DNA from: the human T2T-CHM13v2.0 reference genome, Homo sapiens
Strand: one strand, 5' to 3'
Assembly: GCF_009914755.1 (NCBI RefSeq)
Contig: NC_060927.1
Length of the DNA stretch: 64,000 nucleotides
Part shown: one piece after another, positions 1 to 13,179 of the stretch
Layout: each line of letters starts with the position of its first letter
Position numbering within the stretch: position 1 is the stretch's first letter
Notes under the pieces: generated by a model
Database searches by the model: none
What the model saw: only the letters and a program-made list of their open reading frames with translations
What the model was told of the DNA's origin: nothing
Position numbers and translations under genes: made by a program

Positions 1-234
1 AGTTTGGGCATAAATTACCTCATGTCTTTTTAGTACCTATACTATTGTCACCTGAGGTTATTTAGAAAGTAAAACTGGTGAAGGCAAACCTGAGCAAACA
101 GGCTTCTGTAAGAAAGAGCTGGATTTGATAGACACAAGCAGGCAACCTCCCAGAATGTCACCACGTTCACTTATATTTCACATTCTTGATCTTTTGAAAG
201 TTCAACTAATTCACTTTCTTCTCTTTGGCAACAA

Positions 235-455
235 GGCATAGTAGCAAAAGCATAGGTTTTAAACACAGAAAGGATTTGTCCTTGGTCTATTGTCTACTAT
301 TTTTAAACAATATGATATTTACTCTTCTCTGAGTCTTAATTTTCTCTCAATAAAATTAAGAAATGAATACTTTCTTCCCATGAATGCCATGAAAGTTAAA
401 TGATACGATCTTAATGAGGTATACAGCTCACAGTAGATACTCAAAAATGTTGTTT
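235..455 (+). mobile_element. MIR SINE relic
   Basis: Degenerate MIR core (ttactcttctctgagtcttaattttctc...aataaaat) and 3' end (cacagtagatactcaaaaatgttg). Confidence 0.55.
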
Positions 456-747
456 CTTTTTTCCCTTTTCTTAAATGTATAAATTAATAATTGAAAAGTG
501 AATAGCATTTTCCTCTCTGAAGGATATTTGGTATAAGATATATTGACCTAATATTGTGGCTTTTCCACAGCATTTTCTTTATGAAGTATACATTGAACGG
601 AGAACTCATAACATATCTCAATATGATAAAATTATCCAAATTATTTTTATTTGTATGCCTCTAAATCATTTTTCTCAGCTGTTGAATTCAAACTATTAAG
701 GGTGCTGTAATTCTGAGTTGACAAAACTTCTATCTCCAAATCCTGGA

Positions 748-1150
748 CTGTGATAGACTGTGATTTTGGGTACCTCAATGAACCACACTCTATTATTCAC
801 ATCCCCCACCCCCAACATTGATTCTAGCCTTGACATATGATTAACTTTGATCAGTGGAATGTTAGTATGATGTAGGCAGACTCAATAAGCACTTGCACTT
901 GAAGGCAGTTTCTCTTAGAATACTCCTTGAAACCCATGTTAAAATAATGCCTATGCAACTATTAAAGAGGTCTCCATGAAAAACAACCCAAGGCTTATAC
1001 CCTATGTAAATTCCCGAGTGGTGGCCAGCCCAAACATAGCTAGCCATGTGAGAAGATGATTCGGACCCTTCAGTTATTTCAGTAGCTCACCCAAGACCAC
1101 ATGAAGTGGAACCATCCAGTCAATCTATAGAATTATTAGGAATAATAATT
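748..1150 (+). mobile_element. MaLR LTR, old MLT1 family (subfamily uncertain)
   Basis: Starts tgtgatagac; contains ttgattctagccttgacatatgattaactttgatcagtggaatgt, resembling the MLT1 motif ctgggcttggccatgtgacttgctttggccaatggaatg; interrupted by the Alu at 1159. Confidence 0.5.
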
Positions 1151-1158
1151 TATAAATG

Positions 1159-1407
1159 GACCGGGCACGGTGGCTCATGCCTGTAATCCCAGCACTTTGG
1201 GAGGCCGAGGCGGGCAGATCACCTGAGGTCAGGAGTTCGAGACCAGCCTGACCAACATGGAGAAACCCCGTCTCTACTAAAAATGCAAAATTAGCCAGGT
1301 GTGGTGACACATGCCTGTAATCCCAGCTACTAGGGAGGCTGAGGCAGGAGAATTGCTTGAACTCGGGAGGGGGAGGTTGCAGTGAGCCGAGAGTGAAACT
1401 CCGTCTC

Positions 1408-1424
<17 letters not shown>
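1159..1424 (+). mobile_element. AluSp-like SINE with ~33-nt right-arm deletion
   Basis: Alu head gaccgggcacggtggctc; Sp-diagnostic ctgaccaacatggagaaacc; gagccga joined directly to gagtgaaactcc; poly-A tail. Confidence 0.95.
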
Positions 1425-1440
<16 letters not shown>

Positions 1441-1442
1441 TA
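1424..1442. repeat. (TA)n microsatellite on Alu tail
   Basis: atatatatatatatatata directly after poly-A. Confidence 0.9.
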
Positions 1443-2667
1443 ACTGATATTTTCTGCACCAATAGAATATAAAAGACCATATAATGAGTCTTGAAACATA
1501 TATTTTTAAGGATAGTTATCAAGTCTACGTTTCAGATAAAATCAGGGAGAAACAAAAAGTAAAAAGAAGTTCTATCTGTGGTAAAAGAAAAAAGAGAGAG
1601 AACAAGAAATAGGATTAATATGTAACAAACAGAAAATAAATCAGTACATTTTGAGTAAAGCTTCACTTTTTTTTCTTAGTGATGAGGGAAATAAAAGATA
1701 GTACTATAAATGTGAATGCACACTTTAAAAGAATAAAGACCTATAAAACTCACTGCCTTTGATTTTTTTAAAATTTGAATATTCATTTACAACGTTAGGT
1801 CTTGAGAAAATAAACATAAATAAGATAAGGTATATATTCTCACGGAATTCACAGATTTAAAACTGTCCAAAATTCCAGTGCCACAGATAATCTGCTCCTA
1901 ATGTTTTTTACAAAATTAAAAATCCATTTTATTTCTAATTCCATCATCTAAAACAAAGCCTCAATGCAACTACAGACTTAGGCCAAACAATATTGATAAT
2001 TTTTTCATCTTATAGTTGTACATTTTCACCAATCCAGAAAACAACCAAGTATGTGTCTAAAATAACAAAATATAGTGTTTTGAAAATTGATTATAGTGAA
2101 TTACCTGTGGCTTATTTTGAATCAATGACATTTCCTGTTTTATTCATTTACATAAGATTTACATTCCCTTCCCTAGGACCCATGAGCCAGACCACAAATC
2201 CTAACTCATTAAAAAGTATCATTTGTAGCTGATAAACTCCATCTACATTTAAGGATTGTAGCTTTACACAGTCAATGTTCGACCCGAGATGAGGTATGAG
2301 TGGAATTTCTTGTAATTCTGCAGCTTTTTACATGTTTAAAAATCAATAAGACTTTATTCAGCCACACTGTATCTTTCTTGTGCTTCTTAAGCCAATACAT
2401 AATCACAAATTACAGAGTTAGGAGAGTTTAGTCATGTGGGATTTAAAACAATGTGCTGTGTATTTTAGTAGTAAATGCAAATAAAAATTTCAAAATTATT
2501 TCTGGAAAAGGTTTTGGAGTGTCATATATATTGCATGTTAAATGATATTAATTGACAATATAGATGATTATTTTAATGGAGAATTTAAATAAAATGTAAT
2601 AATTTAATAAAATAAAAATTCTTAATAAAACAAAACAGTAAATTTGAGAATAAAAATAGAATTTCTT

Positions 2668-3004
<337 letters not shown>

Positions 3005-3759
3005 TTACAATGATATTTTAATCTATATGTATATATTTATGCATATACATATATATACAAATGTATACATGTTTTTTTCTTGAGAGTTTATGCATGCACT
3101 CTACTATAAAGATTTATGTCTGTGCAATTGGTATAATACCTTGTTTTTATGTGGCCTCCTCTCAGACAAGTGGCAATAAAATCTTTATAGCATCTAATAC
3201 TGACATATTTTATTTATGTCCCTTGGTTTCTCTCCATTTTCCTTTTTAAACCACATAAATCAGCATCTTAGAAACAATGAGGTCATTGATAAGAGCTCAA
3301 AAAGACAGACTCAATTCAGAGCGTTTAACTTGAAAAAAAAAAAATCAAGGGACTTAAGAAATGAAGTAATATGTAACATTATCCCCCAATGGAAGATTAC
3401 CCATACAAAACTCAATACAGAAAAATGTTATTACATGTAGAATTTTGAGAGTATATTTCAATATCTGTATGTATTACTCTTAGATTGACAAAAGGGGCTG
3501 TGAGAGAAAGTTTGACAATCCTGGTAGGAAATACATTTTGGATTAAGAAGACTAGTGAACTTCCACAGGTTATGATCCACCCTCATCTTATTTAACTCTT
3601 CATATTTTACCAATTATTCCACGTTGGCCTCATAATGAACCCTCAGAAGGAATTAAATAATGAATCAGATTTTCTCTTATGAGTTACTTGAACTCACAGT
3701 TTTGCTTTACAATCTTTTCTTTATCACCACCCATAACTATCTACTTCTCCAGGTTAATT

Positions 3760-4116
3760 TGTTTTAGTCAATTCCAGCTTCTATAACAAACTACCATAGA
3801 CTGGGTGGCTTAAACCACAAACATTTATTTCTGACAGTTATGGAGGGTACAGAATTCCAGATTAAAGCTGCAGCAAATCCAATGTCGGGTGAGGGCCCTC
3901 TTCCTGGTTTATAGTCTTCTTTTTCTATCCTCACAAGGTAGGTGGTGAGCAGAGAGGACGCAAGTTCTCATTTCTTATCCTAAGTGCACTAATCCTATTA
4001 ATGAGGGCTCCACTCCCATAATCTAGTTACATATCAAAGGGTCCACCTCCTAATGCCATCACATTAGTGGTTAGAATTTCAAAATATGACTTTTTGGAGA
4101 CATTCAGTTGAGAACA
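3760..4116 (-). mobile_element. MLT1A-type MaLR solo LTR
   Basis: Reverse complement of MLT1A ends and internal motifs: ctataacaaactaccatagactgggtggctta, gtgagggccctcttcctgg, atgagggctccactc, cctaatgccatcacatt. Confidence 0.85.
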
Positions 4117-4544
4117 TCAGTGTATTTTAATTCTTAGAAAATTGTATATTAAAATCTCAAATCCCTCTACCTCAAATGCCACCACTCTACTTTAGGTCTT
4201 GTCATTTCTTTCCTAGATATGTGATAGAACTGTAATTTGTCTTCAAATATGTAAGCAGGAAAAATGTAACTTTTGTGTGAATTAAGATGACTGCTCAATC
4301 TTTCACAGTTCCTTTTCCTAAATCAGAAATAACTCTCCAGTAATTGCAAATTGGTGTGATATCAGCAAAGCTACACCCCAAATAGAGCTACAAGGCCACA
4401 GCAAGTGCCATTAGCCATATCTAGAGAATAAGAAGTGGTTTTATTAGTTATCATGAAGAATGTCAAAATGTGTTTGTTAATTGGCACAATGGATGCTAGA
4501 AATTGGCTCTTATTAGTAAATGTAAAGTGATAATGATAACATAT

Positions 4545-5853
4545 ATTTTTTGTAGTAGCATTGTTACAGCTATACGTTACATGAGCTGGTCCTGTGTACA
4601 ATGCCTCCAAGCCACCGTGGACACATCAGTAAAGTGAATCTATCTATTATTGTACACAGTGCAGAAACAGAATCACCCTGAATTTCAAACAGATGACTGA
4701 GAATCTGAAACCCAGTCTCTACTAAAAATACAACAACAACAACAAAAAATCAGCTGGGCGTGGTGGCGGGCGCCTGTAGTCCCAGCTACAGGCTGAGGCA
4801 GGAGAATGGCGTGAACCGTGAACCCCGGAGACGGAACTTGCAGTGAGCCGAGATCGCGCCATTGCACTCCAGCCTGGGCGACAGAGCAAGACTTCGTCAA
4901 AAAACAAACAAACAAAAAAACCCCACTCATTTTTGTATTAAAAAATTGCCAGCCCTTGAGAGGCAGAGCACCAAAAATACCCAAGGACATGCCACTGAGT
5001 GCCTTCTCTGGAAGGCTGACGGCCAGCCACATGTGGCCAGATCTGTCCTCACTTTTAAAGCTTATGTGAAACACTCCAGCTGTTCCTCTTTTAAGTCCTT
5101 CTATCTCAAGATTTTCCTCCTCTACTATTTGTAATTTCTTAAGCATGTCAGCAAACAATGAGCCAGCCTTCATGAGTTCTAAGTGTGAAGACTGGAGACT
5201 TTCCCTTTGTAAGGCTTAAATCTGAGTGCAGCAAAGAATGAAGAAACCGAACACCAGAATGTTAAATGATAGCGGAGCCGGTGCCAATTGAGGGAAACAC
5301 TCCTACCCTCCCTTAGAGCTCACTTTGGTAATATTAATGTTTAACCGGTTAGCAAAATTAACACCATTATTTCAATAGCTACTCTGTTGTGCATAGTAAA
5401 TGCTGCAAGATGAACATCACATTTGGTGAAGCTGGTTTGAGAAACTTTTGGGGGAAATTGTGCCTGGCCCTCAACAGGACCCTAAGCTCAGAGAAATGAA
5501 CAGAGGCCCCTGAAACTGCTGTGTCTGCGACCATGCGTGTGCAGCTGGATCCCGTGGTAGCCAGCGAGACTCCACTTCCAGCAGATGAGGTGGACAATGA
5601 AGACAATGAGGATCAGGTCTGTCAGGGCGCTGCCCATGGAAACGGGGATCAGCATGTTTTTCCTCCTCCAGGAGACATTCCTCCGCGGATCAGACCATGC
5701 TCCTTCCACATTGAAAGCCTGTGCTCACACTTTGAATATGTTGACTGAAAGACCTTCATGAGCCGGACACGCTCCTTGGTGTTACACTTGCAGGAGTTGC
5801 CGATGGAGGCCTGCAGTACTCTCGGAGTTGTTGGCAGCTTTAAAGGTAGGGTC
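4545..5853 (-). pseudogene. LAMP1: LAMP1 processed pseudogene (5'-truncated; last coding exons plus 3'UTR)
   Basis: Minus-strand reading (with frameshifts) gives DPTFKAAN...GNSCKCN...SVNIFKV*AQAFNVEG...NMLIPVSMGSALTDLILIVFIVHLICWKWSLAGYHGI, matching recalled LAMP1 DPAFKAANG...GNSYKCN...SVNIFKVWVQAFKVEGG...SMLIPIAVGGALAGLVLIVLIAYLVGRKRSHAGYQTI. It continues without an intron into LAMP1-like 3'UTR (gcagcatttactatgcacaacagag; cactcagatttaagccttacaaagggaaag; ggaccagctca...tgtaacaatg). Premature TGA at 5725-5727. The symbol names the parent gene. Confidence 0.93.
4706..4920 (+). mobile_element. 5'-truncated AluY inserted in the LAMP1 pseudogene 3'UTR
   Basis: Begins at tgaaaccc (about 100 nt into Alu); Y-type ggagaatggcgtgaacc and cttgcagtgagccgagatcgcgcc; (CAA)n in the mid A-rich linker; no TSD visible. 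Confidence 0.92.
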
Positions 5854-6213
5854 CAGAAGAGTCATAAATATTTTTATAATCTATGGATTATAAAATTGAT
5901 AACAAGATAATGTCCTAGGAATTATAAGCACCCCAAAGGTGGGGTTTTTTTAGAAACCCAATTGTTTAGAAAAAAAAAAGTTCTTTCTTTTTGTGAATAG
6001 GATATAAGAATTTAATGAATCTTATATCCTATATCTTTGAAAATGTTCTCAAAACTTGATTCCCAGGTAGGACTACACAAACAGTGGTAGAGAGAATTGC
6101 ATATTGCCATTTGATAACAATATCATAAAACAATCCTGTCTCTGAAATTTTGTCACAGTGGCCTTATAAACCTATCAGTGGCAGTAGATGGATCAAAAAA
6201 CAAAATAAAAAGG

Positions 6214-6365
6214 TGTGCAATTGACAATGTTTGTGCCCCCAACCCCAAATCCATACATCAAGCCCTTAATCCCAATGTGTTGATATTTGCACAGTGTATC
6301 CTTTGAAAGGTAATCAGGTCATGAAGGTGGAGCATGTGTGCATGAAATTAATGCCTTCATAAGGA
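6214..6365 (+). mobile_element. MLT1A-type LTR 5' fragment
   Basis: aatgtttgtgccccc...cccaatgtgttgatattt...ggtaatcaggtcatgaaggtggagc resembles the MLT1A start. Confidence 0.7.
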
Positions 6366-6904
6366 TACAAAATGTTTTGTATACTCATACTGATATAGGT
6401 GAATTCTTAACCACACCTGCAGTATCATCATTTTTCTTGTACCCACTGTGTTTCTTTTTATTTTATTCACCACACAAGCTTTAGAATATTTTTATATTAC
6501 TCTCTTGCTTAAATTATATCAAATACTTCTGAAGGCTCTCAGAACATTTTCCAAGATCTTTCATGGGGCCGATTGATGACATCATCACCTCCTCTTCACA
6601 CTAATTCTAGGCCATTCTCTCCTTCAATCACTATTCAATCACTACTTTTTGCCCATATTTACTTCCATCTTTGGGGTTCTTTCAACTCCTGGAACATTAT
6701 TATCTTTTTTCAACTATTATTTCTTTTTAGGTTTCTCTTCAACATATACATATATGCCTAAAATACCTAAAAAAAAATCACCAAATAAGAGGTTTGCGGG
6801 GCCTAATAATCAGATACAAAGAATAAGTGTTTATTCTTTCAATGACCAAAATCAGAACTCACATAGTTTTGAAAGATACATTTTGATGGTAGAAATCTTC
6901 TTCT

Positions 6905-7337
6905 TCTTTGGTATTATAACACACATGCCCAAAACATTAGTAGCTTATAGCAGCAAACATACATTTCTCACCCACATTACAATATTATGTGAACATCTGT
7001 GGTTGACTGTTGTGACCCTTCTCCACATGTATTCTTATTCTGCAATCAAGGTTGAGAGTATTGTCCCTATCTTGGACATGACATTCTTATGGCAGAGGAA
7101 AAGAGCAAGAGAGCTGGTAGAAATAAGTAATGACTCGAAACCTTTGCTCAAAATTACCATATATTACTTTCTCTCATGCTGCATTGCAAAAAGTAAGTAA
7201 CTATCCAAGACAATGAAATAAGAATTACATCCCTCAACAAAAAGACTAACAGGGACCATGGCAAGGGGTGAGAATATATTTGCCTCGTGTAGGGGTGGCA
7301 TATGATTACATTTTGAACAATAATAAGATCTACGACA
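6905..7337 (-). mobile_element. MLT1J-like MaLR LTR
   Basis: cccaaaacattagtagctta, cctatcttggacatg...atggcagaggaaaagag, ending gatctacgaca (reverse complement of the MLT1J-type tgtggtaga start). Confidence 0.6.
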
Positions 7338-7469
7338 GAAACATAGCTACAAACGACTTTTCTGAGAAACCAGGCTTACATGACTTCAGAATAATAAGGT
7401 GTGGCATGTAATTAAATTAATATTATAAATCTATGAGAGCGAGGGGGGGACAGAAGTCTAAAGGCAGAA

Positions 7470-7700
7470 ACACATGAAAAAAAAATTGATTTCTGAAACT
7501 TCTAAGAAATCTGAAATGAGTCCCAGTAAATTTCTAGGACATATTTTCCGAAGCATATTTAAAGAACACTGAGAAACAGAAAGACTAATCATCTGGAACC
7601 AGCATGGTTCACGAAGAACAAGTCATGCCAAAGTTTGTTGATAGAGTGCATCAGAATTTCAAAAGGCATCTAGGAGATTTTCTCATGATAATTTTGGATT
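7470..7700 (+). mobile_element. L3/CR1 LINE reverse-transcriptase relic
   Basis: aaccagcatggttcacgaagaacaagtcatgccaaa is close to the CR1 RT motif QHGFTKNKSCQ; followed by ttcaaaaggcatct...tctcatgata (FSKAFD..SHD-like). Confidence 0.7.
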
Positions 7701-8589
7701 CAAATCCAATGAGATAAACTGTCATTCATTCACTTCTCCCATGTTTTCATCTGTTCTACAATAATTTCATGAGAAAGACAGGCGGATTCCTTTTGAAATT
7801 CTGATACATGATTTCAAAAAAACTTGAAATAGGGAAATAAGAGAAGCAAAAGCAAACTCAAAAAAGAGAGGCAACAATAACTTCAATGTTAAGTACCAGA
7901 GTATTAGGCTACAGAGTATTAAAGTCTCCCCTTTCAAAACATCCTGGAGATTTGTACTAAGGCTATAAGTGGAGCAAACTGACTCTAGGGAGAAGGCAAC
8001 CTTGATGACTCAGGACAGAGAGTCTGAGAATCTTCAAAATAACCACAGTCTGATCTTACCAAAATTCCACATTTAAGAGTACATTAGCAGTAATTAGACA
8101 TTATGAGATGAAGAATTTCAGATAATTTAGCCTAATCCACATCCTTATTGATTAGCTACACTGAAGATCAATTTGTTCAGAAGTCATTTCCTCTTCAAGA
8201 TTCCATAAAACTGTAATTTGTTTGTATTAATCTAACCCTTTTATCATCTCCTCCACTGTTTCCTTTTCTATGTCCTTACTCTAACTGTTACCATTTTACA
8301 AATGATTATTTTTTATATTGCATCTATTTACTTGCTTTGTTTCCCTAATCGATAATGACTCCATTTCCAATTCTGGATACTCGCCTTTTATTTACTATCC
8401 CCCACCCCATCAATCTCCTTATAGATGACTTTGATTAATTTAGTAGGATGCCTTTGTGATGGTGGACACATTAAATTTTTTAAAAATGTTATTTTCCTCC
8501 TCTTCCAACATTTTTCAGGCTTCTAAACTAATAACAAGTCTGCTTTCAAATTTCACCAATTTTACAAAAATAATTTAAAATAAAACTTT

Positions 8590-8670
8590 TTAAAACTGAT
8601 TTTTGTATCCTACTACTTTCCTGAATTCATTTATTAGTTCTAACAGGTTTCTTTCTTAGAGTCTTTAGGG
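8590..8670 (-). mobile_element. Old L1M ORF2 fragment
   Basis: gatttttgtatcctactactttcctgaattcatttattagttctaacagg...gagtctttaggg. Confidence 0.6.
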
Positions 8671-8691
8671 ATATATATATATACACACACA

Positions 8692-10129
8692 TATACTTTA
8701 AGTTCTGGGATACATATTCATAACGTGCACATTTGTTACATAGGTATACACGTGCCACGGTGGTTTGCTCCACCCATCAACCCATCATCTACATTAGGTA
8801 TTTCTCCTAATGTTATCCCTCCCCTATCCCCCCACACCCTGACAGGCCCTGGTGTGTGATGTTCCCCTCCGTGTGTCCATGTGTTCTCATTGATCAACTC
8901 CCACTTATGAGTGAGAACATATGGTGTTTGGTTTTCTGTTCCTGTGTTAGGTTGCTGAGAATGATGGTTTCCCATGTCATCCACGTCCTTGCAAAGGACA
9001 TGAACTCATCCTTTTTTATGGCTTCATAGTATTCCATAGTGTATATGTGCCACATTTTCTTGATCCAGTGTATTATTGATGGGCACTTGGGTTGGTTCTG
9101 AGACTTTGCTATTGTGAACAGTGCTGAAATAAACATACATGTGCATGTGTCTGTATAGCAGAATAATTTATAATCCTTTGCGTATATACCCAGTAATGGG
9201 ATGGCTGGGTCAAATGGTATTTCTGGTTCTAGATCCTTGAGGAATCGTCACACTGTCTTCCACAATGGTTGAACTAGTTTACAGTCCCACCAACAGTGTA
9301 AAAGTGTTCCTATTTCTCCACATCCTCTCCAGTATCTATTGTTTCCTGAATTTTTAATGATCAGCATTCTAACTGGCATGAGATGGCATCTCATTGTGGT
9401 TTTGATTTGCATTTCTCTAATGACCAGTGATGATGAGCTTTTTTCATGTTTGTTGGCTGCATAAATGTCTTCTTTCTGTTCATATCCTTCACCCACTTTT
9501 TGATGGGGCGAAGTGTCTGTTCATATCCTTTGCCCACTTTTTGATGGGGTTGTTTTATTCTTGTAAATTTATGTTCTTTGTGGATTCTGGATATATTAGC
9601 TGTATGTCAGATGGATAGATTGCAAAAATTTTCTCCTAATCTGTAGGTTGCCTATTCACTCTGATGATAGTTTTTTTTGCTGTGCAGAAGCTCTTTAATT
9701 AGATCGCATTTGTCATTTTGGCTTCAGTTGCCATTGCTTTTGGTGTTTTAGTCATGAAATATTTGTCCATGCCTATGTCCTGAAAGGTATTGCCTAGGTT
9801 TTCTTCTAGGGTGTTTATGGTTTTAGGTCTTACGTTTAAGTCTTTAATCCAATTTGAGTTAATTTTTGTATAAAGTGTAAGGAAGGGGCCCAGTTTCAGT
9901 TTTCCGCATATGGCTAGCCAGTTTTCCCAACACCATTTGTTAAATAGGGAATCCTTTCCCTGTTGTTTGTTTTTGTTAGGTTTGTCAAAGATCAGATGGT
10001 TGTAGATGTGTGGCATTATTACTGAGGCCGCTGTTCTGTTCCATTGGTCTATATATCTGTTTTTGAATCAGTACCATGTTGTTTTGGTTACTGCAGCCTT
10101 GTAGTATAGTTTGAAGTCGGGTAGCATGA
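8692..10129 (-). mobile_element. 5'-truncated L1PA7/8-like LINE-1 (3' 1.4 kb)
   Basis: atactttaagttctgggatacat 3'UTR end; ORF2 C-terminal peptides in ORF track ([40 protein letters not shown]); frameshifted. Confidence 0.95.
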
Positions 10130-10429
10130 AAATTTTTTCATCAAAAATTAATTCCATAAATGTTAATGAGTCTAATCCCACTGTATTTGTACTGATGATT
10201 CATATAGATCAACATTAATAAAGCAAGTGTCCAGCAGTGGAGGAAGCATATATGTAAACAAATAAATAATAATGTTGTTACTATATTAAGCAAACAGAAT
10301 TCATTAAACGGGAACTGTGTTGATGTAGGAAGTTTTTGAAAGTCTTCCAAAAGAAGGCACATTTTAGCTTTCTATAATTGCTAAGCTATATTGAATGTTA
10401 AGTATGTAGAAGATGTAGATATAGGCCTT

Positions 10430-10605
10430 TTTAATGCTCTTTTTAATTGCCACAATAATCCTATAGGTTATTTTATCATTAATTTAAAGAAGGTGACACT
10501 GAGCATAATGCTAAACAGCTAGACCAATGACACATTACTAGCACTAATGATACGAGGAATAAGACAAAGACGAAGTGACTCTAGAGTCAAAGATGTTTCA
10601 CTTTA
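10430..10605 (-). mobile_element. MIR relic
   Basis: ccacaataatcctataggt...gtgacactgag...gacacattactag...tgactctagagtc. Confidence 0.55.
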
Positions 10606-10676
10606 GGAACATCCCAGAAGGACAAATTGTGAGATGGTTTCAAATACGGAATGAAACATTTATTTATTTTTTCATT

Positions 10677-13116
<2,440 letters not shown>

Positions 13117-13179
13117 TTATTTTTTCATTCCATAAATATTTTACCCTCTCTTAAGCTCCAGGCTCATGGATTTGAAGAT

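Noticed and set aside
1125-1499. 124-aa ORF and similar ORFs at 2622, 4685, 24726, 36327, 43241, 59854
   Set aside because: Typical antisense-Alu translations ([30 protein letters not shown]); artefacts.
5521-5748. Plus-strand acidic ORF (DEVDNEDNED)
   Set aside because: Antisense shadow of the LAMP1 TM-coding sequence.
6649-7200. Longest ORF in the track (183 aa)
   Set aside because: Non-ATG start, AT-rich composition, second half lies in an MLT1J-like LTR, no recognisable domain.
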